From: the human T2T-CHM13v2.0 reference genome, Homo sapiens
Direction: 5' to 3' (one strand)
Assembly: GCF_009914755.1 (NCBI RefSeq)
Contig: NC_060934.1
DNA length: 64,000 nt
Position numbers and translations under genes: made by a program. Under the pieces are notes generated by a model that was not told where the DNA came from, ran no database searches, and saw only the letters and a program-made list of their open reading frames with translations. This document shows, in pieces, positions 10,801 through 23,865 of the stretch (the first letter of the stretch is position 1; each line of letters starts with the position of its first letter).

Positions 10801-13289
10801 TCTGCAGTAAGTTTGAAGGAGAAAAGAGGCCTTGTGGAGGAGGAGGTGGGAGATATAGAATGTGAGTGCCTAGTGGGTCACTAGGCAGTTCTGGTAAGCA
10901 GAACTGGCTCTGTGGGATGGATCGAATTTGGCTAACCAAGTTTATTCTCCTGGTGTTGTGGGTAACTGAGAAAAGGCTCTGGATAGGGCTCTGACTTTGT
11001 TGGTAGTCAGTGGAGATGAGGGAGCTTTGCCTTACACATGGTTGGCACTTGATAATGTTTGACTGAGTGAATGAAAGACAGTCTCAAGTCTCATCAAGCA
11101 GAGGCTATAAAGGAATTAGAAATTGTTGTTGCCTGGGATAGCAATGATTTCAGAACTTGACAGCTACCATAGCCAGGAGTGTTTCATCCAGTGTGTCTAC
11201 ATTCTGGCTTGAGGAACTTCGGTTTCTTAAATTCAGATCCAGAGTCCATTAGCCTGGCATTCAAGGCTATGTATGTCCCGGGTCTACTTCTCCAACTTTG
11301 GATTTGACTCTTCCCTGATTGACTCCTGCATTCTGGCCAGGGCAGCGTCTTCATTGTCCCAAGCATCTTGAGGTCTGTTCCACTTGGGGTACCCTTCTTT
11401 CTTGATGAAAGGGCACCTGTTATTCATAGCTCAGTTCAACATTCAGACTCAGTGGCTCTGTGAAACTTTCCTTAGAAGCATTTATTTCTCTTTTCCCCTA
11501 CTTGTTTATAGAATTTGCAGAGTGCACCACACATTTTGTCATATTTAGTTTAGTACTTACTTTAGTCTTATATTATTTGGTGAGTGATTTGAGGGTAAGA
11601 GCTGAAATAATTAAAACAGCACCCCTTCCCTCCAATCACCATCAAGTGCGAGTTCTGTTCTTCTCATCCGTGCCTGGCAGCATGTGCCGTAGGGTAGTAC
11701 ATAGCTCAGTAATACTGAACTCACCTGGGGAGTTGGACTGTGCCTTAGCTGCAGGGTAAGAGGACAGGAAAGAAGATCATTTTGCCCTAAGATAACTAAC
11801 AGGTTAACACTGTCTCTTAATAACACTGAGTTTAGACAACTGGTGTATTATTTCATGTATGAATGTTAACATAAGATTCAGAGGGGTCTCTACACTACTT
11901 AGTAAGAGGATAGAAATAAGGACTAGTTAACAATCCTGGCTTCTCATGGACTTCAGAGATCAGATGGACACCCCCATAAGACATTCATCCATTTTCTGAG
12001 TGTTTCCTGTGTATGTGGCATTGTCCTAGAAACTGTGGGGTTGGTAGAAGTGTGATAGAGAGGAGACAAAGAAGGATAAGACAGCATTTGCCTCATGGTC
12101 CTGCCGACATGCTTTGGATGTGAGACTGCTCTTCTGTAAAGTTAAATAACACATGACAACAAGACAGATGCCATGGGGTGATATGTGGTTAATTGTCAAG
12201 TGATCGTTTCAGGCTATGAGCTCACAGAAGAGAGGATCCCTGTGGGACATACTACAGGAATTTGAGACTTGCAGAATGTCAAGACTGGAAGTGCACTTGG
12301 GAATTGTCTTCATCAAATCACTCATGATAGAGATGAGGATATGAGGCTCAGACAGAAACATGGCAGCCTGCCTTGGACCCTGCTTATTTTTTTTTCTCTT
12401 GGAAGAGCCATCCCCTCTTCACACCCATTTTTCTCCTTTCTTCTCAGGTTAACAGAGCATTTTCCTTCTAAGAGGATTTGTGTGTTTTCACTCTGATGAG
12501 GTGCCCATTTTATAGGTAGGATAGATTGAGGCCCCAGGATGGGTATCATATGAGGCTAGTTAGAGAGATTTAGGAATAGATTCTTTCCTTCTGTTCTGGG
12601 GCCATACTCTATAGTCAACCTGCCCACCCACCGCGGTGGCTGCAGACAATGAATAACAAGCTAGTTAATGTTGGACAAGCTGTATCTTACTAACCATTGT
12701 TAATGGGGGCCTCTTGTGAGTCACTTTGTAATTTGAGTTAGTGAGTGAATCAAGCCTGGTTACATCACAACCAGGAATATTTTGCTCATTTATTTTGATC
12801 AGTGTAGTTTGGATTTAATTATTTATAGAAATACTGTTGTTTATAGTACACTAATAAATGTTCTATAGTAAATTTGGAAAAAATAATGGAGTCTAAGAAC
12901 CTCAGGATTGCACAGATTGTTTTCTGCTATTGAGTGCATGCAGGGAATCAGAGGAAGCCATCCCTGCTTGGTTGAGATGAGAGGGACCTGCAGCAGAGTG
13001 GGGCCAGCAGGGTTCTTGGTCAGTAAAACTGTGCCCTTGGCTAAGTAGGGGACTGTTACTTGGCATGCACTGGAAAGAGAAAAAACCTTCTTTAGGGGAA
13101 AAACTGGAAATAAAGCTATGTAGGATAATCAAGGATTATATTGGGTTGTGGGATTATTTAGTATGGGTATATGGTACAACTTGTGTGAATTCATATTTGT
13201 GGAGAGATTTCATCATGAATGCAATCCTCTTCTGGATTTGTTGAGAACAGATAGACTGGGAACCTGAAACAGGCCACATACTAAATAAG

Positions 13290-13530
13290 ATCATGGATTT
13301 TGCAGCCAGGTGCCTGGGTTCAAGTCCTGCCTCTGTTTCTTAATAGCTGTGTGACATTGGGCAAGTTGTTACCCTCTCTGCTGTTTCTTCATCTGAAAAA
13401 AGGGAGTGATGATATAGTATCTCTACCTTGGGCTGTTGTAAGAATTAAGTGAGACTGTACAGGGCAGAGTGCTTAAAAGAAGTGCCTGACCCATTTGTAG
13501 CAAGCACTCAAGATACTTTAGTTTAGTTGT
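13290..13530 (+). mobile_element. MIR SINE
   Basis: Core CCTGGGTTCAAGTCCTGCCTCTG...AGCTGTGTGACATTGGGCAAGTT...TCATCTGAAAA. Confidence 0.88.
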
Positions 13531-13554
13531 TATTTTTATATCTGGAAGGGGCCT

Positions 13555-13685
13555 TCCCTTAATTTTCAGATGGAAATGTTGAAGCAGAGGAAGGAGGCAC
13601 TTGCTCAAGGTTTCCCAGTGAGCTGATGGCAAGGCCTTGGCTAGAACCCAGTTCTCATCAAGATGCTCATTTCAACCACCTCCCA
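13555..13685 (-). mobile_element. MIR SINE fragment
   Basis: TTTTCAGATGGAAATGTTGAAGCAGAG...CTTGCTCAAGGT...CTAGAACCCAG. Confidence 0.7.
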
Positions 13686-15344
13686 TAGTTCATGTCCCCA
13701 GTCAATGAGTCTTTGCCATGTCTATCTTTTATGTCGTGCTAAAGTAGACATTGAAAAGGATCTAGAAGTGAATGACTGGGGACCTGTATTCTTGAAATTC
13801 ATACTCAGAATTTGTAGTAGAAACAGAATAATATTCATTAGATGATTACACTAATAAGCTGTGAATAAATTTAACATTATTTCGGGGCTTTTATTGCATG
13901 GAGAGTTAAGGGATCCAGAAAGATGAAGAGTAGCTTCTCTCAGAATTGGCATCCATGATACAACTCACAGCTAATCAAGGGAGACTTCTTGAGGGAAGTG
14001 AGTAAAGTGTGTAGCTACTAGAACATTGGAGAACACTGGGTTGCTGGGGCTGGTTGACAAGCAGATCCCATTGTGCCAAAGACTCATGTATGCCAAAGTC
14101 ATGGGCTAGACCTCAATGTTACATTTTTCCTTTCCTCTTCTGTATTTGTGCCTGTTGTGAAATGGGCATATCACATGGATTGGAGCTATCTGTAGAATAT
14201 CTGCAGCCTGTTCCCCAGAATTATCACACTGGTACAATCCACTACTTTGTGGTGATCTATACCCATAGAGTTGTAGGCTTGAGTTCCCTTTTTGCCTTCA
14301 CCCTGTGTACCAAGAGTGGAACCTGAGAGCCCTACATAGACACTAGAGGGAGTGTTGCCCTGGGAAAGAAGTGAAAATAAATAGGATGAAATAACAAGAC
14401 AATGCTGTACCAGGAATTGTTCCGAAGGAGGGAAGATGAAAAGTAGACTGTAAGTGAATTGTGTAGGGGTTGTATGATGATCCATAGATGAATAATCATT
14501 TGGCAGCAGGACAGTTTTCAATCCTGGGGGGGGCTGATCATTCAGCCTCTTCCTACAGAAAAAAGGGGAATAGATACAAACACGTTCATTCAGCAGTTAG
14601 ATACTCAGACCATTAATGACCAAACTAACACTCTACAAATAGATTCAGCTGGAAGTGATGCTTAGGCTAGGTTCTCCCATTGCTTCTGTATTTCCTTCCT
14701 TTTTGCTTCCTTGCTCTCTTGTATCTGGTGGTTAAGTCAATAGGTGCTTATTGAGTTGAACAGAATAAATACTTGCTTAAATACTTAAAAGTGCCTGGGT
14801 AAAGAACAAGTGTCTTGGGGATGGAGTAGTGTCTGGCCTGCTGTTGCTGGCCTGGGATCTGCACTCTGGGACATTGCGGCTGTCTCTCACAGGCTCTCAG
14901 GTCCCACGTGCCTGACATCCTCCCAGAAGCCTTTTTGACATCTATGGTGAGGTAGGCAGTTTCTCATTCAGATGGTTAGAATCAGGTTACAGATTACACT
15001 GCTGCATAAGAAATAAACTTTTTCTTTTAAAAATCTGTTCTCAGTGGGAGATGAAGAACAATGACTGAGTTGAACATTTTCAAGACTAGAAAAATAGCTC
15101 AAGCTGCCATATCTGAATGTGATTACACATAGTGGGGGAACTTGTCTACAATAAGAGTTCTGAGACAATGAAGCTGGTGACACAGATAAACTTGTTTTCC
15201 AGAGTGGTGGTGGAAGAGGAGGGTATCCTTAGTGGTGAAAGAGTTGCTTATCTCACTGTGTTGCTTTCAGTGTTATTCATGCTTGAAAGCAAACTTTTGT
15301 TTGAAAGATTTCTCAAAACTCTAAAGCGTCTTTTCTGTCATGAG

Positions 15345-15490
15345 AAGGTCCCTAAGCCACAGCAATCTTGAACAAGTCTCTAAGCCTTAGTTTCACTGGC
15401 TGTAAAATGATGATAATACTGGAATTGCAGGATTGTTGTGAATCTTAGAGATGATGCCTATAAAGGGCCTAGCATAATAGGCTATTTTAA
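15345..15490 (+). mobile_element. MIR SINE fragment
   Basis: GCCTTAGTTTC...CTGTAAAATG...GGATTGTTGTGAA. Confidence 0.7.
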
Positions 15491-15506
15491 CATAAGAATG
15501 TTAATT

Positions 15507-15793
15507 TTTGTAATTCCAGTACTTTGGGAGGCTGAGGCGGGCAGATCACTTGAGGTCAGGAGTTCGAGACCAGCCTGGCCAACATAGTGAAACCTCCGGG
15601 CTCTACTAAAAAAAAAAAAAAAAAAAAAAAATACAAAAATTAGCTGGTGGCACATGCCTTTAATCCCAGCTACACGGGAGGCTGAGGCTGGAGAATCTCT
15701 TGAACGCAGGAGGCAGGGGTTGCAGTGAGCCAAGATGGTGCCACTGCATTCCCCAGCCTGGGTGACAGAGTGAGACTCCGTCTCAAAAAAAAA
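15507..15793 (+). mobile_element. AluS, slightly 5'-truncated, expanded middle A-tract
   Basis: Alu body; TSD AAGAATGTTAATT at 15494-15506 and 15794-15806; ~24-nt A linker. Confidence 0.96.
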
Positions 15794-15819
15794 AAGAATG
15801 TTAATTCTCATTTGGAGAT

Positions 15820-16120
15820 CTGTTGGTACTCTACCCGTATTCCCGGGGTGTTCCTTTGCTCTGCATGCTGGCCTGATTTCCAACCACCAGCACCAGGGAC
15901 CAGCTTTCCCTGATCACTGTAGCTTGCTTTGATCACACAAGGTACAGGCTGGAAGAGTCAAGGAATTAATGCCTGTGAGGGAGCAGAGAGCAGCCACTAC
16001 CAATGACTGGTAGGAGTTGATGGATAAATATCTAGCCCCCTTGACTACTGGGGTTGGCTAACTCTGAGACATGTTTCTTTCATGGTTTCCCAGAGCTCCC
16101 TGTGGGATTAAACCCCAGTT
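15820..16120 (+). mobile_element. LTR16-family (ERVL) LTR fragment
   Basis: CCAATGACTGGTAGGGAGTTGATGGATAAATA...TAACTCTGAG...TTCCCAGAGCTCCC...GGGATT resembles LTR16A/C. Confidence 0.7.
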
Positions 16121-16135
16121 TTAAATATATTTTAA

Positions 16136-16136
<1 letters not shown>

Positions 16137-16167
<31 letters not shown>
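16137..16167. repeat. (TG)n microsatellite
   Basis: ~15 TG units. Confidence 0.97.
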
Positions 16168-16170
<3 letters not shown>

Positions 16171-17724
16171 AAATGGGTGCATTATTAGTAAGGAGAGAGC
16201 CTGCAAGTATGATTTAAAAAAATGGAAAATGCTTCTTTCAAGCATGCCTAGATTTGGTCTTACTTCAAGCAGATATATTTTCATTCATTCTTTCGCTCAT
16301 TCATTCAATAATTTGTTTGCTTAGTATGATGCCAGTTAAGTTATTTGAATTTTCTGGGATTCAGTTTCGTCACCTATAAAATGAAAAAGTTGCAAAAATT
16401 GGTGCAGCCCATCTCACCACAAAGTAGATGTGATATTAGGTCAGTCATTTCTTGATGGGTAAAATGGGCACAATCCTGTTTACTCCCTTTATGTCACAGT
16501 TAAAAAATGAGATGGTGCACATGGAAGCATTTTGAAAAGAATAGGGGGTGATATGAACTCAAGTTGTTAGTTTACCTCACCTCTCCTTCATTCCTTAAGG
16601 AGCTAGAGACCCTTTGACAACAGATTTGAGACCAGATGCAGCTCTTGCCTTCTTCTGCCTTCTCTCAGTACAAATGAACACTTCCATTAACACGCATACC
16701 ATGGTAGTAAAAACCCCAAGATTCTTATTCCAGGCGTGATGTACAATTTTTTTCAAGTCACGTCTGATAATAATAAAATTCTCAGATGGGAGTGTAATTT
16801 GGATGTTTTAACAAAACATTTGCCCCAGGTTGTGACCTGTATTGATTGCTCTGCCTTACTCTTTTCAGATCATGTGAAGTGTTTCAGAGCACCTAGTATA
16901 TGCCTAGTGAGGCAGCATGTGCAAAAAAATCTATGTGATGCAGACTGGACACCCAAGAAAACTTACAATTTTGTGTGTGGTAAACATATGTTGGACAGAT
17001 ATTGCAGAGAACAGTGTGAGATAGCATAAGACATGTGCTAATTGGAGCATGCTTAGGAAATAACTTGAACATAATCAAGACCACAGTGAATGAAAATTAA
17101 TGAAATTATTAAAAAATTCTGGTTGTTTTTATTATCTGCAACAAAATCTACTAGCACAATAAGAAATAGATGCTATCACCAAACCTGGGTCACTTGACAA
17201 GGAGTGTCCTGAGCTTTGAGGTCAAATAGATTACCTGTTGTTCTGACAATTGTTCAGAATTCTGCCATGTCAGTGTGGTGTATAAATTGCTTACAGAGAA
17301 CTCTGTTTTACCGTGTGTTTCTACTTGTTTTATTTTCTTTATAGGAAGATAAAGAATATGCTATTTCACCATAGTACTATGATATTCCAACTTTTTAGTT
17401 GTATTATTATTAGATATTCTAATTTGTACTGATTTCTTTCTTTCTAGGCCTGTTTCCCTTCTGTCATCTTGAGATTTCTATTTATTTTACTCTTGGATTA
17501 GTGCCTCTGTTTTTTGGATCCCATTCCTCTGTTGTGGGCTGCTTTTCATTTTTCTGTGGCATATCCTCAAGTAATCTTTTTCAGAGAATGCATGGGAATG
17601 TCTTGGTTTATACCTCTTGTCCTGATAGAATATGAATAGATGTATTTTGACTCTCAAAAGATCCAGGCTTAGATGATGAATCATATGGTCACCCAGTGCT
17701 TGGGAGATATTAATGCTTTAAAAA

Positions 17725-18628
17725 TTTTTAATTTAAAAATTTTTTTGTGGGTACATAGTAGGCGTATATATTTATGCGATACGTGAGATGTTTTGGTACA
17801 GATATGCATTGCATAATAATCACATCATGGAAGATGGGATATCTATCCATTCAAGCAGTTATCATTTGTGTTACAAATAATCCAGATTATACTCTTTTAG
17901 TTATTTTAAAATGTACAATTAAAATTATTATTGACTCTAGTCACCCTTTTGTGCTATCAAATACTTGGCCTTATTCATTCATTTTATTTTTTGTACCCAT
18001 TAATAATCCCCACCTCCCCCTCTCCCCCACTACCCTTCCTGCCTCTGGTAATCATTCTTCTACTCTATGCGCATGGGTTCAGTTGTTTTCATTTTTAGAC
18101 GCCACAAATAAGTGAGAATATGCCATGTGTGTCTTTTGGTGCCTGGCTTATTTCACTTAACATAATGACCTCTACTTCCATCCATGTTTTTGCAAATGAC
18201 TGAATCTCATTCGTTTTTATGGCTGAATAATACTCCATTGTGTATATGTACCACGTTTTCTTTATCCATTCATCTGTTGATGGACAGTCAGGTTGCTTCC
18301 AAATCTTGGCTATTGTGAATAGTGCTGCAGCAAACATGGGAGTGCAGATATCTCTTTGATATATTGATTTCCTTTCTTTTGAGTATATAACCAGCAGCGG
18401 GATTGCTGGATTGTATGATACCTCTATTTTTAGTTTTTTGAGAAACCTCCAAACTGTTCTCCATAGTAGTTGCACTAATTTACATTCCCACCAACAGTGT
18501 ACAAGGGTTCCCTTTTCTCCATGTCCTCACCAGCATTTGTTATTGCCTGTCTTTTGGATATAAGCCATTTTAACTGGGGTGAGATGATATGTTATTGTAG
18601 TTTTGATGTGCATTTCTCTGATGATCAG
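17725..18628 (-). mobile_element. L1 3' end (L1MA-type), 5'-truncated
   Basis: L1 3'UTR plus ORF2 C-terminal remnant (ORF 18095-18475: PAIPLL..CTPMFAAALFTIAKIWKQP.CPSTDEWIKK). Confidence 0.93.
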
Positions 18629-19024
18629 GAGATCCACTTTTAAAAAAGATTCTTGGCATGTCTAAAATTTTGTTTTGCTCTCACATTGGCTTGGTGGTTC
18701 CTCTGGACATAGAAATCTAGGGTCAAAAAAGTTTTTCTTGGATTTGGGAAGTACTTAGGTTACTTGATGCTTTTGTATCATGTGCTATTTGGCATTATAT
18801 GTGTCTCCCCTTCTACTCATGGACTGATGAAGGTGGGAAAAGGAGGTACATAACATAAGATACCTCTGACTTTGTTCAAATTAGTGATGTGCAACCCTTG
18901 AGGAAGCCTGATGCATTAAAACTGGATTTACACAAAATCGGTAGTATAAGGTGGGGGATTAAACACTCTGCAGAGCCATTTGCTATTTACACTCATTATC
19001 CAAATACCTTCAATGTAAAACTCA

Positions 19025-19336
<312 letters not shown>

Positions 19337-19347
19337 GGAGTAGTTTT

Positions 19348-19590
19348 ATTTATTTAATTTTAGCTTCGGGGGTACATGTGAAGGTTTGTTATGTAGGTAA
19401 ACTCATTTCATGGGGGCTTGTTGTACAGATTATTTTGTCATGCAGGTATTTAAGCCTAGTACTCAATAGTTATTTTTTCTGCTCCTGCAGAAAAAATAGC
19501 CAGCATTGTCTGTTGTTCCTTCCTTTGTGTTCATGAGTTCTCATCATTTAGCTCCCACTTGTAAGTGAGAACATGTGGTATTTGGTTTCT
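19348..19590 (-). mobile_element. L1PA (older primate) 3' end fragment
   Basis: GGGGTACATGTGAAGGTTTGTTATGTAGGTAAACT...CATTTAGCTCCCACTTGTAAGTGAGAACATGTGGTATTTGGTT. Confidence 0.9.
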
Positions 19591-19642
19591 TTTTCTTTAA
19601 AAAAATTTAAAATCATTTTTAAAAACCACAGCAATAGCCAAT

Positions 19643-20066
19643 TAATATGGTTTGGAACTGTGTTCTTGCCCAAATCTCATGTTAAATTGTAATCCCCATT
19701 GTTGGAGGTGGGGCTTGGTGGGAGGTGATTGGATCATGGAGACAGATTTCTCATGAATGGTTTAGCACCATCCTCTTGGTACTGTCCTTGTGACAGTGAG
19801 TGAGTTCTCATAAGATCTGGTTGGTTAAAAGTGTGCAGTGCCTCCTGCCCCCACTCCGCCTTGCTCCTGCTTCTTCCGTGTAAGACATCTGCTCCCCCTT
19901 TGCCTTCTGCCATGATTGGAAGTTTCCTGAGGTCTCCCCAGAAGCAGAAGCCAATGTGTTTCCTGTACAGCCTGCAGAACCATGAGCCAATTAAACTTCT
20001 TTTATTAAATATAAAATACACAGTCCTAGATGTTTCTTTATAGCAATGTGAGAATGGACTAACACA
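19643..20066 (+). mobile_element. MST (MSTA-like) ERVL-MaLR solo LTR
   Basis: Starts TAATATGGTTTGG..CCAAATCTCATG, ends GGACTAACACA; near-perfect 5-bp TSD CCAAT/TCAAT. Confidence 0.92.
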
Positions 20067-20975
20067 TCAATATTCAATACATATTTGTGGAGTCCCCTCT
20101 ATGTGCCAGGTGCTGCTGGATTCTGAGTCTGTAATAGTGAGCAGTGCTCTGATTGAGAGGTACATGACAACACTAGGGACATTTAACTTAGGAAGGGCAG
20201 AGAGGGAGATGCAGATGAGTGGAGATTGCAAAGATGTGCAGGGTGGATTAGGTGCAGAGGTGAGGGCATAGTGTTCTGGGCATATGGCTTCTGTGGCAGG
20301 GAGGAGCAAGGTATTTGAAGGGGAAAGGAAGGACAGTGTGGCTGGAGCAGAGGGGCTGGGGGATGGTGAGAGATGAGATGAAGCTAGACAGGCAGGCATG
20401 GGCAGGACTAAGCAAGGGTTTAGTTCTTTATCCCAACAGCAAAGGGGTGGCCTGGCCTGGTGGCTTATGCGTGCAATTCTAGCACTTTGGGAGGCTGAGG
20501 AAGGGAGATCCCCTGAGCCCAGGAGTTTGAGAGGCAACATGGAGAAACTCTGTCTCTGCAAAAAATACACACACAAACAAAATTAGCTGGGCATGGTGGA
20601 ATGCACTTGTGGTCCCAGCTACTCAGGTGGCTGAGGCTGAGGTGGGAGGATCACTTGAGCCCAGGAGGTTGAGGCTGCAGTGAGCTGTGATCATGCCACT
20701 GCACTCTAACCTGGATGACAGAGTGAGACCTTGTTAAAAAAAAACAAAAAGAAAAAGAAAAAAAGTAAAGAGGTGAGCCATGAAAAGGTTTATAGTAGGA
20801 GAGTGATAAAATGATAAAATTAAATGTACATTAAAAAATCACTCTGATCACCCTGTGGGTTAGAGGGAAAAAAGGATGAATGCTAAGAGGATGTAGCTGG
20901 AGAGGTTGATGGCTTGGATGGTGGTAGTGGGGGTAGATAAGAAGGAGTCCACTGAAGAAATATTTGGCAGATGTA
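20067..20975 (-). mobile_element. L2 3' region, interrupted by AluJ
   Basis: ATTCAATACATATTTG...CTATGTGCCAGG antisense L2 tail; resumes after the Alu. Confidence 0.7.
20449..20764 (+). mobile_element. AluJ
   Basis: Diagnostic GAGCCCAGGAGGTTGAGGCTGCAGTGAGCTGTGAT; A tail. Confidence 0.95.
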
Positions 20976-21466
20976 GTTGATTGTGTCATTAGCTCCAATT
21001 GTTCACTTCTCTTTATAACTCCCTTTGTATGGGACCTTTGCAGTGCCCTCTCTCTGAATGGGACCTTCTTCCCCATCTTCTAACTTTTGGTTTGGCCTTG
21101 TGACTTGCTTTGGCCAATAGAGAGTTGGAAGTGATAGTGTGCCAGTTCTAAGCTCAGTTATCAAGAAGCATGTGTGTTTCTACCTGTTTTTTTGTGCCTT
21201 TGGGGTGGCCATGAGAAAAACATAGCCTATTGGTCTCAGGAGGAGGATGAGAGACAACTAGTACATAGCCATTCCCAGCCAAGCCCACGCTAGATCAGCC
21301 CAGCCCAGTCCAGCTAGAACCACGTAGCTGAGCCCAGTTATGATCAGCCAACCCCAAGCTGCCCTGAATATTTCTGAGAATAAAGTGATTGATTGTTGTG
21401 AGAATAAGTGATTGAGATTTAGGTGGTTTATTTTGCAGCGTTTTTGCAGCAGGTAAAATCAATAGA
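20975..21466 (+). mobile_element. MLT1-family MaLR LTR
   Basis: GGCCTTGTGACTTGCTTTGGCCAATAG...TGTGCCAGTTCTAAGC...GCCATGAGAA...AATAAA. Confidence 0.8.
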
Positions 21467-22511
21467 ACTTGAGAGATTGGATGTAGCAAATGTGTGGGAA
21501 CATAATTACGGTATAAAGTGAGGCTCACCTGTATTTCGAGATCATTAGCCTGCTACATACATGCTCAGGGATGGACTTAGGAGTGTTTTTTTCGTGGTTG
21601 CCTGCCCCTTGCCTCTCTTTACAATTCATGGTTTCTTTTTCTGGAGCTGAATGCGGTAGGCCAGATTTATAGTCCAAAAGAATTAATTGTCTACTCTTTT
21701 TCCTTCTCACTCTCCTTCTGGCAGGCTAATCAGATTCCAGCAGAGCCTGAGAGCTGAGTAATCCTCAGTTCCCTCAATAGGGGCCTTCAGACTCTAACAT
21801 TTAGTGTATTCTTGTTGGAGTTGAAATCAATTTTAGCTCTGACTGTGAAGATAGAATTTCACTTGAAGGGGTGAGAAATACAGGGCCAGGGATTTTCTTG
21901 GTTTTGACTGATTATTTAAAATATATTAGTTCCGATAAAATATTTAGCTTTTAAACAACAAATTTAATATAGGGAATTGTACTTTATTTGTTAATGGAAG
22001 TTGCAGGGAGATTGGTAGGAGTTGTGCTAAAGTGCACTGTTGTGATTTTGCAAAGTATAGTAATTACTGTAATATTTTGTTGAATTATTAATATCTACTA
22101 TGCCTACAGGAACATAAGCTTTGCAGCTGAATTCATTTTAAAATTGCCTTTCTCCCTTCTGGTTTTGTTTTGTGTTTTCTTTCTTGTGCACTTACTAATT
22201 TTTAAAGAAATGGGGTAGGGCAGTGTTAATTATATTGTATGAAACACTGTTGTCACATGCTAACTGAATATATGCTTCTTCCAAACCGGTTTGCAGTGGC
22301 AGATTGAGGGATGCTGAAAGAATCATGTCTGGGGAGAAAGGGCTCATCCATGTGTTTTTTTCAGGAGCTGAGATGAGGAGAGAAAAATAGCAGAGAGGTC
22401 ACATGTATGCACATGAGTATTATGTCTGCATGCTTCTAAGCAGAGCTGGTCCTACCTGTAGATGAAATTGGTAGGTGTTTAGGCATGTGTGATGAAACAG
22501 CACAAGTCTCC

Positions 22512-22984
<473 letters not shown>

Positions 22985-23649
22985 TAGCCTTCACATGAAT
23001 ATCTGCCAGCTTTATGAAATGGTGTAAGTCGGTCAACATCTGAGACTCAAGTTTCCTCATCTGTTTAATAGTTGCAAGGATCAAAATGAAATCATGTATT
23101 TGAAAGGGCATTATAAACTATAAATGTACAGATATTTTTAAGGAAATATCACAACATGGTATTAAATTGTGGAAGAAGTTGCTCATACTCATGTTGTGAT
23201 TTTGAAGGGGAGCAAGGAGGACTTTTTTGCTTGATTTTATTTTTTCCTTTCCAGAATCTTCACAATTAGAGGACCATTTTTCATGTTGAACATTGTTCCC
23301 TCTAAGGTCCTCTTAAAATATAAATAATTCAGAGACAATATTTAGAGCTGGAAAGAACACATAATGACCTAACTACATCTTTTTCCTGACATAGAAAATG
23401 TGGGCAAGCGAGATTGTATAGTGCCCAAATTCATCCAGATAGTAGAAACTCCCACATCAATGTCCAGTTCTCTGACTTTTAGTCCAGTGCTCTTTCTGTA
23501 ACACTCTGATGCCCATTAGTATTCCATTAAGTTTTTAGTCCAGAGAATTTCCCCCCAGAATGTAGCCTTGGGAAGAATAAATAAATAGATGACTAGTGGG
23601 GAGATATCAGGTTTGGGATTCCTTTAGGTGGAAGAGTAGTGCTTGGATC

Positions 23650-23865
23650 GGAAGGACCTGATCTTGAATCTTAGCTCCACCCCTGACTAGGTAGCTGTGA
23701 CCTGGGCAAGTTACTTTTCTGAGACCTACTTCTCTCCTTTATAAAATCAGGATATAATCCCATTTTGCCTGGTCTTTGTGAGGATTTAGTGAGTTTAAAG
23801 GGCTTGCCAAGGCGCCTGCCCTGTGGTAGAAGATACTCTAAAATGAGTAGGAAATGGTTATTGTT
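23650..23865 (+). mobile_element. MIR SINE
   Basis: AGCTGTGACCTGGGCAAGTTACTT...GTGAGGATTTAGTGAG. Confidence 0.82.

Noticed and set aside
13290-13685. Tail-to-tail inverted MIR pair as a hairpin or miRNA source
   Set aside because: Copies too diverged to show extended pairing by eye
18095-18475. ORFs with reverse-transcriptase-related peptides (also 33957-34404, 35871-36188, 36970-37209)
   Set aside because: Decayed L1 ORF2 fragments with stops and frameshifts, not genes
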